Shown piece after piece: positions 24,543 to 31,841 of a stretch of DNA of 64,000 bases; the first letter of the stretch is position 1, and the number at the start of each line of letters is the position of its first letter. The notes under the pieces are model-generated. The model was not told the DNA's origin. It saw nothing but the letters and a program-made list of their open reading frames with translations, and ran no database searches. The stretch is from a virus, in IMG/VR virus record IMGVR_UViG_3300045988_137103, one strand, 5' to 3'. The translations under genes and the position numbers were made by a program.

Positions 24543-24766
24543 TGCACATGTCCTATTTAACGTGTCAAACGTAAAATTTTAGCACGAAGATAAGTGCTTA
24601 TACATCAATACATTAGATATATATAGCTGATATTCAGATAATTATCAAAAACCATGATATAAAATCACAGTTTTAATCATATTACCCTTTATTTACTAAT
24701 ACCCTATAATGTAGTGCGCAACTATCTTGCAACACATTGCGATTTATTATTTACTAAATTATTTTT

Positions 24767-24961
24767 CTATTTTCCACACCAGCCACACAAGGTTTTGACT
24801 TGATCAATGGCACTAGCCTCATCTGTAAAAGTTATCTTGCCTGTACTTCTCTTAAGAGCTGGGCAATTTCTGTCCTTGTGGTACCGCTTAGAACCTGGAC
24901 TGTCTGATACATAGTCTGCAAGCGTGTGAGGTCTCATTCTTTCAGCTAACGGTTCACTCAT
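24767..24961 (-). CDS. Small Cys/His protein (64 aa), possibly Ada-like Zn-binding fold
   Basis: Pattern RYHKDRNCPALKR...ITFTDEASAI...LCGWCGK resembles the YH..C...F..EA...C..C pattern of Ada-type metal-binding domains. Weak. Confidence 0.4.
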   Translation of the reverse strand: MSEPLAERMRPHTLADYVSDSPGSKRYHKDRNCPALKRSTGKITFTDEASAIDQVKTLCGWCGK

Positions 24962-25011
24962 AGTAATATCCTATAATCACTATAGTTTTGAAGCATTTCT
25001 CTAAACTATCT

Positions 25012-25638
25012 CTATTCTTTTGATAAATCAAAGATATAAATGTTTCCATTAACAGGAACCTTCACTATCAAGTTCTGAGCCTTTGGATTCTTCGCCACAA
25101 CCATACCATAGCGCATTTGACCGGCATTGATAGTTACACGCTTGAAGTATCTGCTATTGATACTTGCCTCTGCTTGTGCCCTAGCCTCATCATTAGCGTT
25201 AGTTACAATCTGTGCTTTAGTCTCGATGGTCGTAGTCTTGCCATCAGCTCCTTTAACATTAGTGCTTACAGACTGCTCCTCTACATTATTTGGACCCCAT
25301 AACAGAATCCTTGTCTTTTCTTTCTTTACCCATTCATCACAAGTGTACACTTCGCAAGACTCAGTCTTATTCTTGTTAATAGCCTCAACTTGTATTTTTG
25401 ATGGGTCAAAGTTAAATCTATTCTTACTCTGGTTAATAATCGAAACATAAAACTCCTGATGTTTGGTTATCTTCCGATCATCTTTTTTAGAGACAACAAC
25501 TATTACACCATCATCACCATCAACCTGTATACCTTTATTACCTGATTCATAGCCGACAGTATACTTCTCAAATGTTTTCTGTGCCATTACAGGAACACTC
25601 AAAAGAAACATTGAAAGAGCAAATAAAATCTTCTTCAT
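25012..25638 (-). CDS. Secreted protein (208 aa), moron candidate
   Basis: Classical signal peptide MKKILFALSMFLLSVPVMA-QK. Lies in the AT-rich lysogeny module. Confidence 0.7.
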   Translation of the reverse strand: MKKILFALSMFLLSVPVMAQKTFEKYTVGYESGNKGIQVDGDDGVIVVVSKKDDRKITKHQEFYVSIINQSKNRFNFDPSKIQVEAINKNKTESCEVYTCDEWVKKEKTRILLWGPNNVEEQSVSTNVKGADGKTTTIETKAQIVTNANDEARAQAEASINSRYFKRVTINAGQMRYGMVVAKNPKAQNLIVKVPVNGNIYIFDLSKE

Positions 25639-25685
25639 ATCTTAATCCTTTTGAAATTTAACTATATATCATTTACCGCACCAGC

Positions 25686-26426
25686 CTATTTTAAAAGAGA
25701 AGCATCAAATACTTTCTTTGGAGGAAAGGATGTGCTAATATGATAAACCTTACCTGTCTCATTGTCTAAAACATACCTATCCTGTAAAGTATATCTTTTG
25801 TTACTATCCATGATAGTTTTATTATTCAACAAAAAGATGCAGCAACAATATATAAATACAGAAGCTACAATCATACTTAGCACCATATAGTAATATTTGA
25901 GCCAATTTTGCCCAGAATGTGTATCAATTTTATAAAGATGAAAAATTCTATTCATAACACTTTTAGAGTTTAATTTATTACCGAAGCACTCCCAATACCT
26001 ACTAGTTATATGCATAACTGCAGTCATTTTCCGATAATCGGGATTGAAGTGGGTAAAAATAGATATACTCAACAAAGGGTTCAAATATCCATATTTTATT
26101 GCATCATGATTCGATGAAGAATTGTTAATAACAAACAAATTGGAATCCAGCATCCCCATTAATACATTTACCGCATCCCATACATTTGCAGTTCTGTCTG
26201 TGCAACTTTCAATTGTTATATCGACACATTTATTATTGTCGAATTTATATAATATTGAAACATACAGATTGGCATTTATCTTGTAACTAGGGATAATAAT
26301 TTCAATCATATCAGTTTTGCCATCATATAAAGAAGCGATTTCCATTACGTGCTGAAAATCGTCACCTATCGTGATTCCTAAAACTGTTACATTGCCATTA
26401 GAATAGCAATTTATAAAATTCTTCAT
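25686..26426 (-). CDS. Single-pass membrane protein (246 aa), moron or exclusion candidate
   Basis: TM helix YYYMVLSMIVASVFIYCCCIFLL near the C-terminus. Very AT-rich coding sequence. Adjacent to the repressor. Confidence 0.6.
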   Translation of the reverse strand: MKNFINCYSNGNVTVLGITIGDDFQHVMEIASLYDGKTDMIEIIIPSYKINANLYVSILYKFDNNKCVDITIESCTDRTANVWDAVNVLMGMLDSNLFVINNSSSNHDAIKYGYLNPLLSISIFTHFNPDYRKMTAVMHITSRYWECFGNKLNSKSVMNRIFHLYKIDTHSGQNWLKYYYMVLSMIVASVFIYCCCIFLLNNKTIMDSNKRYTLQDRYVLDNETGKVYHISTSFPPKKVFDASLLK

Positions 26427-26442
26427 TCCTTTCTCATTTTAA

Positions 26443-26772
26443 TTATCCTACATGTACCTGGCTTCTAGCCGAAAGACCCTGAATCTCCCTCAGCACCTTA
26501 TTTTCCGCTCTTAGAGCTATTACTTCTCGTTCCAATTCATTCATATCTACTACACTTCTATTGGACAAAGAAGGCGTTTTCTTATCTGAACTAAAAAACT
26601 CAGCAACATCTACACCAAGGACTTCAGCAAGGTTTTCAACTGTACTAACCTTCACATCAGCACCGTTCAGAAGGTTATCCAACGTAGTTCGACTAACCTT
26701 CATCCTAGAAGCAATATCAATTTTGCTAAGTTTGTTGGACGTTATGATGTCCACTATTCTTTGCACATTCAT
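26443..26772 (-). CDS. XRE-family HTH repressor (CI-like)
   Basis: HTH segment LSKIDIASRMKVSRTTLDNLLNG...VENLAEVLGVDVAEFF with a coiled-coil C-terminus. Divergent from the plus-strand early operon. Confidence 0.75.
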   Translation of the reverse strand: MNVQRIVDIITSNKLSKIDIASRMKVSRTTLDNLLNGADVKVSTVENLAEVLGVDVAEFFSSDKKTPSLSNRSVVDMNELEREVIALRAENKVLREIQGLSARSQVHVG

Positions 26773-26857
26773 ATTAAAATCCTTTAAATGTTCAACAAAG
26801 TGGGTTAATATATACTAATAATGCCCACCAAACCATACACTTTCAAAAAGTTTATTG

Positions 26858-26865
26858 TACTTTTG
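26858..26865 (+). promoter_or_regulatory. Candidate early promoter -7 box TACTTTTG
   Basis: Matches the Bacteroides TAnnTTTG consensus, 52 nt upstream of the ATG at 26918. An inverted repeat GTGGG...CCCAC (about 26799-26829) lies upstream and is a possible operator. Confidence 0.45.
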
Positions 26866-26917
26866 CACCGTAAAGTTAGTAAATAAATAAATAAGTACCA
26901 AATAAATTTGAAGAAAA

Positions 26918-27340
26918 ATGAAGAATGAAGATAAAAAAGTTCCAGATGCGCCTAAAAGGTTATGGGTTTTTCCATATCATTTAAATCGGTTAGGAGGCCT
27001 AGTATATGCATATGGGCATTCCTATAAAGAATATTGGGAAGGGCATGAATATCCAAAGAATTTGGATAAAGATGTGGAATACGTCAGCCTCAGCCAATCT
27101 TGGCATAAGGCAAAGGAAGTTCCAAAAGATTTGCACACCTATATCATTGGTGTTTCCAAAAACTTCACTCATCCGGTTCTTATTGACTTAGAAAAGAAAT
27201 GCCTGCATAAGTTTTATGATGCTGTCAAAATAAGCGATAAGATGAAGTGGAACGGAATCATCCGGAAAGATTTTCGCTTCGCTTACTGGGCTTACATTAG
27301 GGACTTAGTTCCTACTATTGAGGAAGGAGGCACAAAATGA
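26918..27340 (+). CDS. Hypothetical early protein (140 aa)
   Basis: First ORF of the plus-strand early block. Its stop overlaps the next ATG (ATGA). Confidence 0.65.
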   Translation: MKNEDKKVPDAPKRLWVFPYHLNRLGGLVYAYGHSYKEYWEGHEYPKNLDKDVEYVSLSQSWHKAKEVPKDLHTYIIGVSKNFTHPVLIDLEKKCLHKFYDAVKISDKMKWNGIIRKDFRFAYWAYIRDLVPTIEEGGTK

Positions 27341-27507
27341 AAAAGAATAAAGCTCTATTCCTCGATATTATGCTCAATAACAGATTTGTATGCACACTGA
27401 AATACATGTATTGTCCATTGTTCGTGATAAGATACGAGGAGTTATTAAAGTTTGTTCTCGATAAGAGGCCATCTTTGAAAGGCAAACCATTCAGAATAAT
27501 GTTTTGA
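27337..27507 (+). CDS. Small hypothetical protein (56 aa, below the ORF-track cutoff)
   Basis: ATGA overlap with the upstream stop at 27337-27340. Translates to MKKNKALFLDIMLNNRF...KPFRIMF. Preferred over the antisense ORF 27315-27515. Confidence 0.45.
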   Translation: MKKNKALFLDIMLNNRFVCTLKYMYCPLFVIRYEELLKFVLDKRPSLKGKPFRIMF

Positions 27508-27529
27508 AACAACAAACGAAATCAGGCGT

Positions 27530-28114
27530 ATGAAAAAGATAATGTTCAATGACCAGTACGGTCTCACCGAAGCCGTTCTAGATGGTCGCAAGACTCAAAC
27601 CAGAAGAATCGCTTACGAAAAGCCTTTCAAGTATTACTGCAATTGCGGTTTCTATATGGAAGGAAAAGACAAAGGCAAACTCGCCATCAATGATGGAAAT
27701 GAGATTGTAGCAAAGTCCACTTATAAAATAGGTGAAGTCGTAGCAGTCGCACAAAGATACAGCGATATTCCGTATATCAAAGAACTACACCCAAGGATAA
27801 ATACTTCCGAAGGATGGGGAAACAAGATGTTTGTGAAGTCTGATTTGATGCCTCATCAAATCAAAATTACCAAAATTTGGTGTGAAAGACTTCAGTACAT
27901 CAGCACCGATGACTGCATGAAGGAAGGAATCTTATGTTGTCACATGGAATGGTATCATGATACCTATTCATACGATGCCACTAACGATAGCAAACGTAAG
28001 AAATGGTGGTACAATACTCCTATCGAAGCATACAAAATGCTTAGCTGTAAACTTCACCTCCATTGGGATGCCAATCCTCTCGTTTTCGTTTACGATTTCA
28101 AACTAGTAAAATAA
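27530..28114 (+). CDS. ASCH/PUA-like domain protein (194 aa)
   Basis: N-terminal LTEAVLDGRKTQTRR matches the G-x-K-T-x-E/T-x-R signature I associate with ASCH domains. Confidence 0.45.
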   Translation: MKKIMFNDQYGLTEAVLDGRKTQTRRIAYEKPFKYYCNCGFYMEGKDKGKLAINDGNEIVAKSTYKIGEVVAVAQRYSDIPYIKELHPRINTSEGWGNKMFVKSDLMPHQIKITKIWCERLQYISTDDCMKEGILCCHMEWYHDTYSYDATNDSKRKKWWYNTPIEAYKMLSCKLHLHWDANPLVFVYDFKLVK

Positions 28115-28132
28115 TAATTAAAATCAAGCAAT

Positions 28133-28324
28133 ATGTCAGAAGAAAAAGTACCACTCAGACCTCAGATCAGAGAACTGGAGCTGGGTAAATCAATTTCATT
28201 CCCTATCAGAAGAATGAGAACGATCAAAACAACCTGCTCGGAATTAGGTGTAATTTACTGTCGTAAGTTCAGAACCAAAATCAACCGGGAGAAAGAGATC
28301 ATCACAGTTACAAGAACAAAATAA
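28133..28324 (+). CDS. Hypothetical protein (63 aa)
   Basis: ATG ORF in the co-oriented early block. Confidence 0.5.
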   Translation: MSEEKVPLRPQIRELELGKSISFPIRRMRTIKTTCSELGVIYCRKFRTKINREKEIITVTRTK

Positions 28325-28335
28325 AAACAATAGTC

Positions 28336-28635
28336 ATGAACGAAGTAGTACAAATCCAGTTTGCAGATAAGATGCTATCCTTTGATACATTCCTGTCAGC
28401 CATACGTAACGTTGTGAAAGAAGAAGTCTGCAAGGCTGTGGGTAAACGTCCGTTCCTCACACAAGCCAAGGCATACGACATCTACGGAAGAAAAAACGTA
28501 GAGCGATGGAAACGTGAAGGAAAGGTGAAGGATTTTGCTAGAGGCAGAAATGGCAAAATTACTCGCCACGAATACAAAGTATCAGAGCTGGAAGCTTGTG
28601 CCTGCCAAGTTCAAGATTATCTGTGTCCCAAATAA
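28336..28635 (+). CDS. Hypothetical protein (99 aa)
   Basis: ATG ORF in the co-oriented early block. Confidence 0.55.
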   Translation: MNEVVQIQFADKMLSFDTFLSAIRNVVKEEVCKAVGKRPFLTQAKAYDIYGRKNVERWKREGKVKDFARGRNGKITRHEYKVSELEACACQVQDYLCPK

Positions 28636-28696
28636 GATTTTACTTTTAGGATAGATATAAGGCTGATATTGATTAGTACAAATTATGCGAAACTAT

Positions 28697-28837
28697 GGTA
28701 GGTAACAGTTGCTTTGCCCATTGGGGGCGATGTTCAAGTTATAACGTTTAAATTACTTCTATGGGTGTTAATCAAAAAAGACTGCGAAAAAGGACTAAGC
28801 AGCCGGGCACGGGGTTCGAATCCCTTTACCTACCGCA
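28697..28837 (+). ncRNA. tRNA-like element: 8-bp terminal stem plus canonical T-arm, but about 139 nt long
   Basis: GGGGTTCGAATCCC T-arm at about 28810-28826. The 3' strand TACCTACC (28827-28834) pairs with GGTAGGTA (28697-28704). No canonical anticodon arm could be folded. Confidence 0.3.
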
Positions 28838-28865
28838 AATATAAACAATATAAAAAGATAAAGTT

Positions 28866-29084
28866 ATGAAAACAATTAAGATCTTCTTCTGCATTGCCAT
28901 CTGGCTAGTCCTTGGATGGCTCTGCCTCAGTAAACTCTCTCAGGGCATTCATGATGAGAACCTCATTTCACAGATGCCTCAGAGCACCTATGATGAGATA
29001 GTAGATACTCTTACCACTCGTAATGGCTTTCAGCCTACTGAACATCAGATAGTAACTTACTATTATGAGCGATTCCAGAAGTAA
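28866..29084 (+). CDS. Small membrane protein (72 aa)
   Basis: N-terminal TM helix IFFCIAIWLVLGWLCL. Confidence 0.55.
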   Translation: MKTIKIFFCIAIWLVLGWLCLSKLSQGIHDENLISQMPQSTYDEIVDTLTTRNGFQPTEHQIVTYYYERFQK

Positions 29085-29202
29085 GAGCTATGCAGCTCGC
29101 AAGTGCCTCCTCTGCCCTGATGTGCGTAATTGCATCAATGGCAAGTATTGCCTAAAGTACAAAAGGTACGTGCAGCATCAGGAGAAACTGCCGTGTGAAT
29201 GA
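29065..29202 (+). CDS. Small Cys-rich protein (45 aa, below the ORF-track cutoff)
   Basis: MSDSRSKSYAARKCLLCPDVRNCINGKYCLKYKRYVQHQEKLPCE. Overlaps the previous ORF by 20 nt. Confidence 0.3.
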   Translation: MSDSRSKSYAARKCLLCPDVRNCINGKYCLKYKRYVQHQEKLPCE

Positions 29203-29233
29203 AAAGTAGATTAACTAATAAACAGTTAGCAAT

Positions 29234-29449
29234 ATGGATAAACAAAAATTAGAAAGAGCAAAAGATATTGAATCTTTATTGTCCAAATTAAATAGTGTAG
29301 ATTTTTGGTCGAGAAATAAAAACACTACTGACATTCTAGGAAATTATCTTTATCATTTATGCTACAGAGATAAAGAATTCGGTGGCAAGTTACACCAGCT
29401 TATTTCTGAAACTATAAATAGATTAAAAAAAGAGCTTGATGAACTTTAG
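29234..29449 (+). CDS. Hypothetical protein (71 aa)
   Basis: ATG ORF, helical and charged. Confidence 0.5.
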   Translation: MDKQKLERAKDIESLLSKLNSVDFWSRNKNTTDILGNYLYHLCYRDKEFGGKLHQLISETINRLKKELDEL

Positions 29450-29497
29450 TAGTAACCACCCTATCCTGCAATAGGGAGAGGGTAAAAAGAAGATAAT

Positions 29498-29674
29498 ATG
29501 GCAAAAATGAATGTAACAGAAAAGGACTTTGAAGCTTTCTTACAAGCTACAGAATCCCTTATGTCTATGTCTGGTACTTTAGATGAAGGATTCGATGAAG
29601 AAGTTCATGCTATAAACAGGCAGTTCAAAAGTTTTGAACGAAGATACTTAAAGGCAAAGGAGAATAAGAAATGA
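29498..29674 (+). CDS. Small hypothetical protein (58 aa, below the ORF-track cutoff)
   Basis: MAKMNVTEKDFEAFLQATE... ending in an ATGA overlap with the 29671 start. Confidence 0.45.
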   Translation: MAKMNVTEKDFEAFLQATESLMSMSGTLDEGFDEEVHAINRQFKSFERRYLKAKENKK

Positions 29675-30303
29675 GCAAAGAAAAAGCTATTGAGAAAATC
29701 GATAAAAGTATTGACATACTTAAATGGTATCGCGTATCAAAGAATGAGAAAAATAAAGCTATTTGTTTTTTGCGTGAGGCACTTGAAGAGTTGGAGGACA
29801 ATATGGAACAGAACAACAAACAGACGATGCCATGTTTCGAACTTGGCAACCTCTACGTCTTCAAAGAAGAAGACGAGGATGGTGAATTGACCATTATCGG
29901 CAAACTCATCGCCAAGAACGAGAGCCAAGACACATTGACATTTGGCAATCAGTATGAGATTGAGACCGAGAACTTTGTTACCGATCAGGCATTTGACCTT
30001 CGCATTAGTGTAAACAAGGATCTGCGAGAAGCTACAGAGGATGAAGCCAGTTTGTTCCAAGAGGCTTACACTCTCTGGAAAAAGAGCAAAGAACAGCCCT
30101 CGTTCAAACCTTTCGACAAGGTGCTGGTACGTAACAGCGGTTTTCACAAATGGAGACCAGCTATCTTCGTACAAACACGTATAGGTGAATCCCCATATAA
30201 ATACAATGCTTTGCTATTATCTACGGGGCACGTAGGTGACTTTACCCAATGCATTCCATACGAAGGAAATGAGAAAATGGCATTCACTCCTGTCCCATTC
30301 TAG
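29671..30303 (+). CDS. Hypothetical protein (210 aa)
   Basis: ATG ORF, acidic in its central part. No motif recognised. Confidence 0.65.
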   Translation: MSKEKAIEKIDKSIDILKWYRVSKNEKNKAICFLREALEELEDNMEQNNKQTMPCFELGNLYVFKEEDEDGELTIIGKLIAKNESQDTLTFGNQYEIETENFVTDQAFDLRISVNKDLREATEDEASLFQEAYTLWKKSKEQPSFKPFDKVLVRNSGFHKWRPAIFVQTRIGESPYKYNALLLSTGHVGDFTQCIPYEGNEKMAFTPVPF

Positions 30304-30341
30304 CTAAACAGAAATGTGGTTTTTATATAATATCAATCATC

Positions 30342-30770
30342 ATGGAATCAGAAGAAGCAAAGTCCAAACAAAAAGAAAGGCAGCGAGAATACTATCTTAA
30401 GCATCGTGAAAAGTTGCTCGCCTATTCTCGCAAATACATCCAGGAGCATCCCGAAAAGATGAAGCTGTATAAGGAAAATGCTGCCAAGAAACGAGCCAAC
30501 GGCACTGGATATTATCAGAGATACTATCAGCGCAACAAAGAAAAATTGCTGGAAAAATCTAAGAGCTGGAGACAGAATCACCCCGAAAAGGTGAAGGAGT
30601 ACCAGCGCAGATACTATCAGAAGAAAAGAGCAGCAGCAAAGAAAGAGAAGAAGATAATGCTGAATCCAGATATAGATAAGGCAAAATCCCTCTTCCGTGA
30701 TCCTTCCAAGGCTGTTCATCTACAGTGGCTCCTGGAGCACAACAAAATTAAGCAATATGAATCATGCTAG
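30342..30770 (+). CDS. Basic repeat protein (142 aa) with three YY..K/N.EK...HPEK units
   Basis: The units are REYYLKHREKLLAYSRKYIQEHPEK, YYQRYYQRNKEKLLEKSKSWRQNHPEK and VKEYQRRYYQKKR. Confidence 0.65.
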   Translation: MESEEAKSKQKERQREYYLKHREKLLAYSRKYIQEHPEKMKLYKENAAKKRANGTGYYQRYYQRNKEKLLEKSKSWRQNHPEKVKEYQRRYYQKKRAAAKKEKKIMLNPDIDKAKSLFRDPSKAVHLQWLLEHNKIKQYESC

Positions 30771-31803
30771 TTTATTCAGCGGAATCGGTGGTGCAGAGGT
30801 CGCGGCATCCATGATGGGATGGCAGAACCTCTTCCATTGCGAGATACAAGAGTCCCCTCGCAAGGTGCTCCAATACTGGTTCCCAAATTCAGAAAGTTAT
30901 GAAGACATTACCAAAACAGACTTCCATCAGTGGCAGGGAAAAGTCGATATTCTCACCGGAGGATTCCCATGCCAGCCTTTTAGCGTTGCAGGCAGAAGAA
31001 AGGGAGAAGACGATCACCGCTATCTCTGGCCACAGATGCTACGAGCGATTCGGGAGATTAAGCCCACTTGGGTCGTTGGTGAAAACGTTATTGGAATCAG
31101 AACTATGGTGGAGCCCGGTCAAGAGATTAAAATGGGACGCACAGACGATTTCTTCGAAGAGAATTACATATATCGAGAGGAAAGCAGGTTCACACTCGAA
31201 AAAATCTGCCAAGAACTTGAAGCAGCAGGATATTCCGTCCAACCGCTTAATATTCCAGCTTGCAGTGTCGGAGCACCCCACAGAAGAGAACGCGTCTGGA
31301 TTGTTGCCCACCGTACAGACTCAGGGGCTGAAACGCTGCAACAAGAAAGGAAAAACAGAGTTCATGCCTCTAGATCTCCTTCCTACGCCAACAGCAACAG
31401 ACAAAGGAAGTGGAAGAATAAACAGAAGTCCTTCTCCCGGTGCTGCAGAACGTCCAACACTGGCCCTTGCCGCAAAACAAGGACTCTTGCCGACTCCTTG
31501 CGCCATAGAAGCAACAAAGTTCACCAAGACCTTCAACCCAAATTCTCAGATGGGGAAAAGTCTTACGGCATTGGCAAACAGCGGAATATTACCTTCTCGG
31601 TCCCAAAAGAAGATTTCTGGAAAGACTTCCCAACTCAATCCCCTCTATGTCGAAGAAATGATGGGATTCCCTTTGATGTGGACCGCCTTACCATTTCTTT
31701 CCCAAAGTGGCGAACAGAATCAATAAAGGCTTATGGCAACGCTTGGGTACCACAAGTTGCTTATGAGATATTCCGGGCAATAGAGGCAGAAGAAAAGAAA
31801 TAA
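30757..31803 (+). CDS. Stand-alone C5 cytosine DNA methyltransferase
   Basis: Motifs in one frame: I LFSGIGG, IV GGFPCQPFS, VI WVVGENV, VIII PHRRERVWIV, X YGNAWVPQV. The start is taken at MNHASLF (30757). The segment at about 31320-31620 translates to basic low-complexity sequence in this frame. Confidence 0.85.
   Translation: MNHASLFSGIGGAEVAASMMGWQNLFHCEIQESPRKVLQYWFPNSESYEDITKTDFHQWQGKVDILTGGFPCQPFSVAGRRKGEDDHRYLWPQMLRAIREIKPTWVVGENVIGIRTMVEPGQEIKMGRTDDFFEENYIYREESRFTLEKICQELEAAGYSVQPLNIPACSVGAPHRRERVWIVAHRTDSGAETLQQERKNRVHASRSPSYANSNRQRKWKNKQKSFSRCCRTSNTGPCRKTRTLADSLRHRSNKVHQDLQPKFSDGEKSYGIGKQRNITFSVPKEDFWKDFPTQSPLCRRNDGIPFDVDRLTISFPKWRTESIKAYGNAWVPQVAYEIFRAIEAEEKK
30899..31726 (+). CDS. 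Nested +1-frame ORF (275 aa) inside the methyltransferase gene, with LLPTP repeats and an MGFPLMW motif
   Basis: Open for 828 nt entirely within 30757-31803. Encodes LLPTVQT, LLPTPTATD, LLPTPCA and LNPLYVEEMMGFPLMWT. The last resembles the RLMGFPDxW element that normally precedes motif X of C5 methyltransferases. Confidence 0.45.
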   Translation: MKTLPKQTSISGREKSIFSPEDSHASLLALQAEEREKTITAISGHRCYERFGRLSPLGSLVKTLLESELWWSPVKRLKWDAQTISSKRITYIERKAGSHSKKSAKNLKQQDIPSNRLIFQLAVSEHPTEENASGLLPTVQTQGLKRCNKKGKTEFMPLDLLPTPTATDKGSGRINRSPSPGAAERPTLALAAKQGLLPTPCAIEATKFTKTFNPNSQMGKSLTALANSGILPSRSQKKISGKTSQLNPLYVEEMMGFPLMWTALPFLSQSGEQNQ

Positions 31804-31841
31804 GATAGTAAATTCTATATTCCAAATAAAAGAAACAGCAA

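Noticed and set aside
24713-24722. GTGCGCAAC near the integrase, considered as another late promoter.
   Set aside because: It lacks the TTATCA flank, and neither strand has a -7 box at the 29-nt position.
28697-28837. A canonical tRNA gene.
   Set aside because: About 139 nt lie between the acceptor-like strands, no 5-bp/7-nt anticodon arm can be formed, and the D-loop lacks GG. It is kept only as a tRNA-like element or attP-core candidate.
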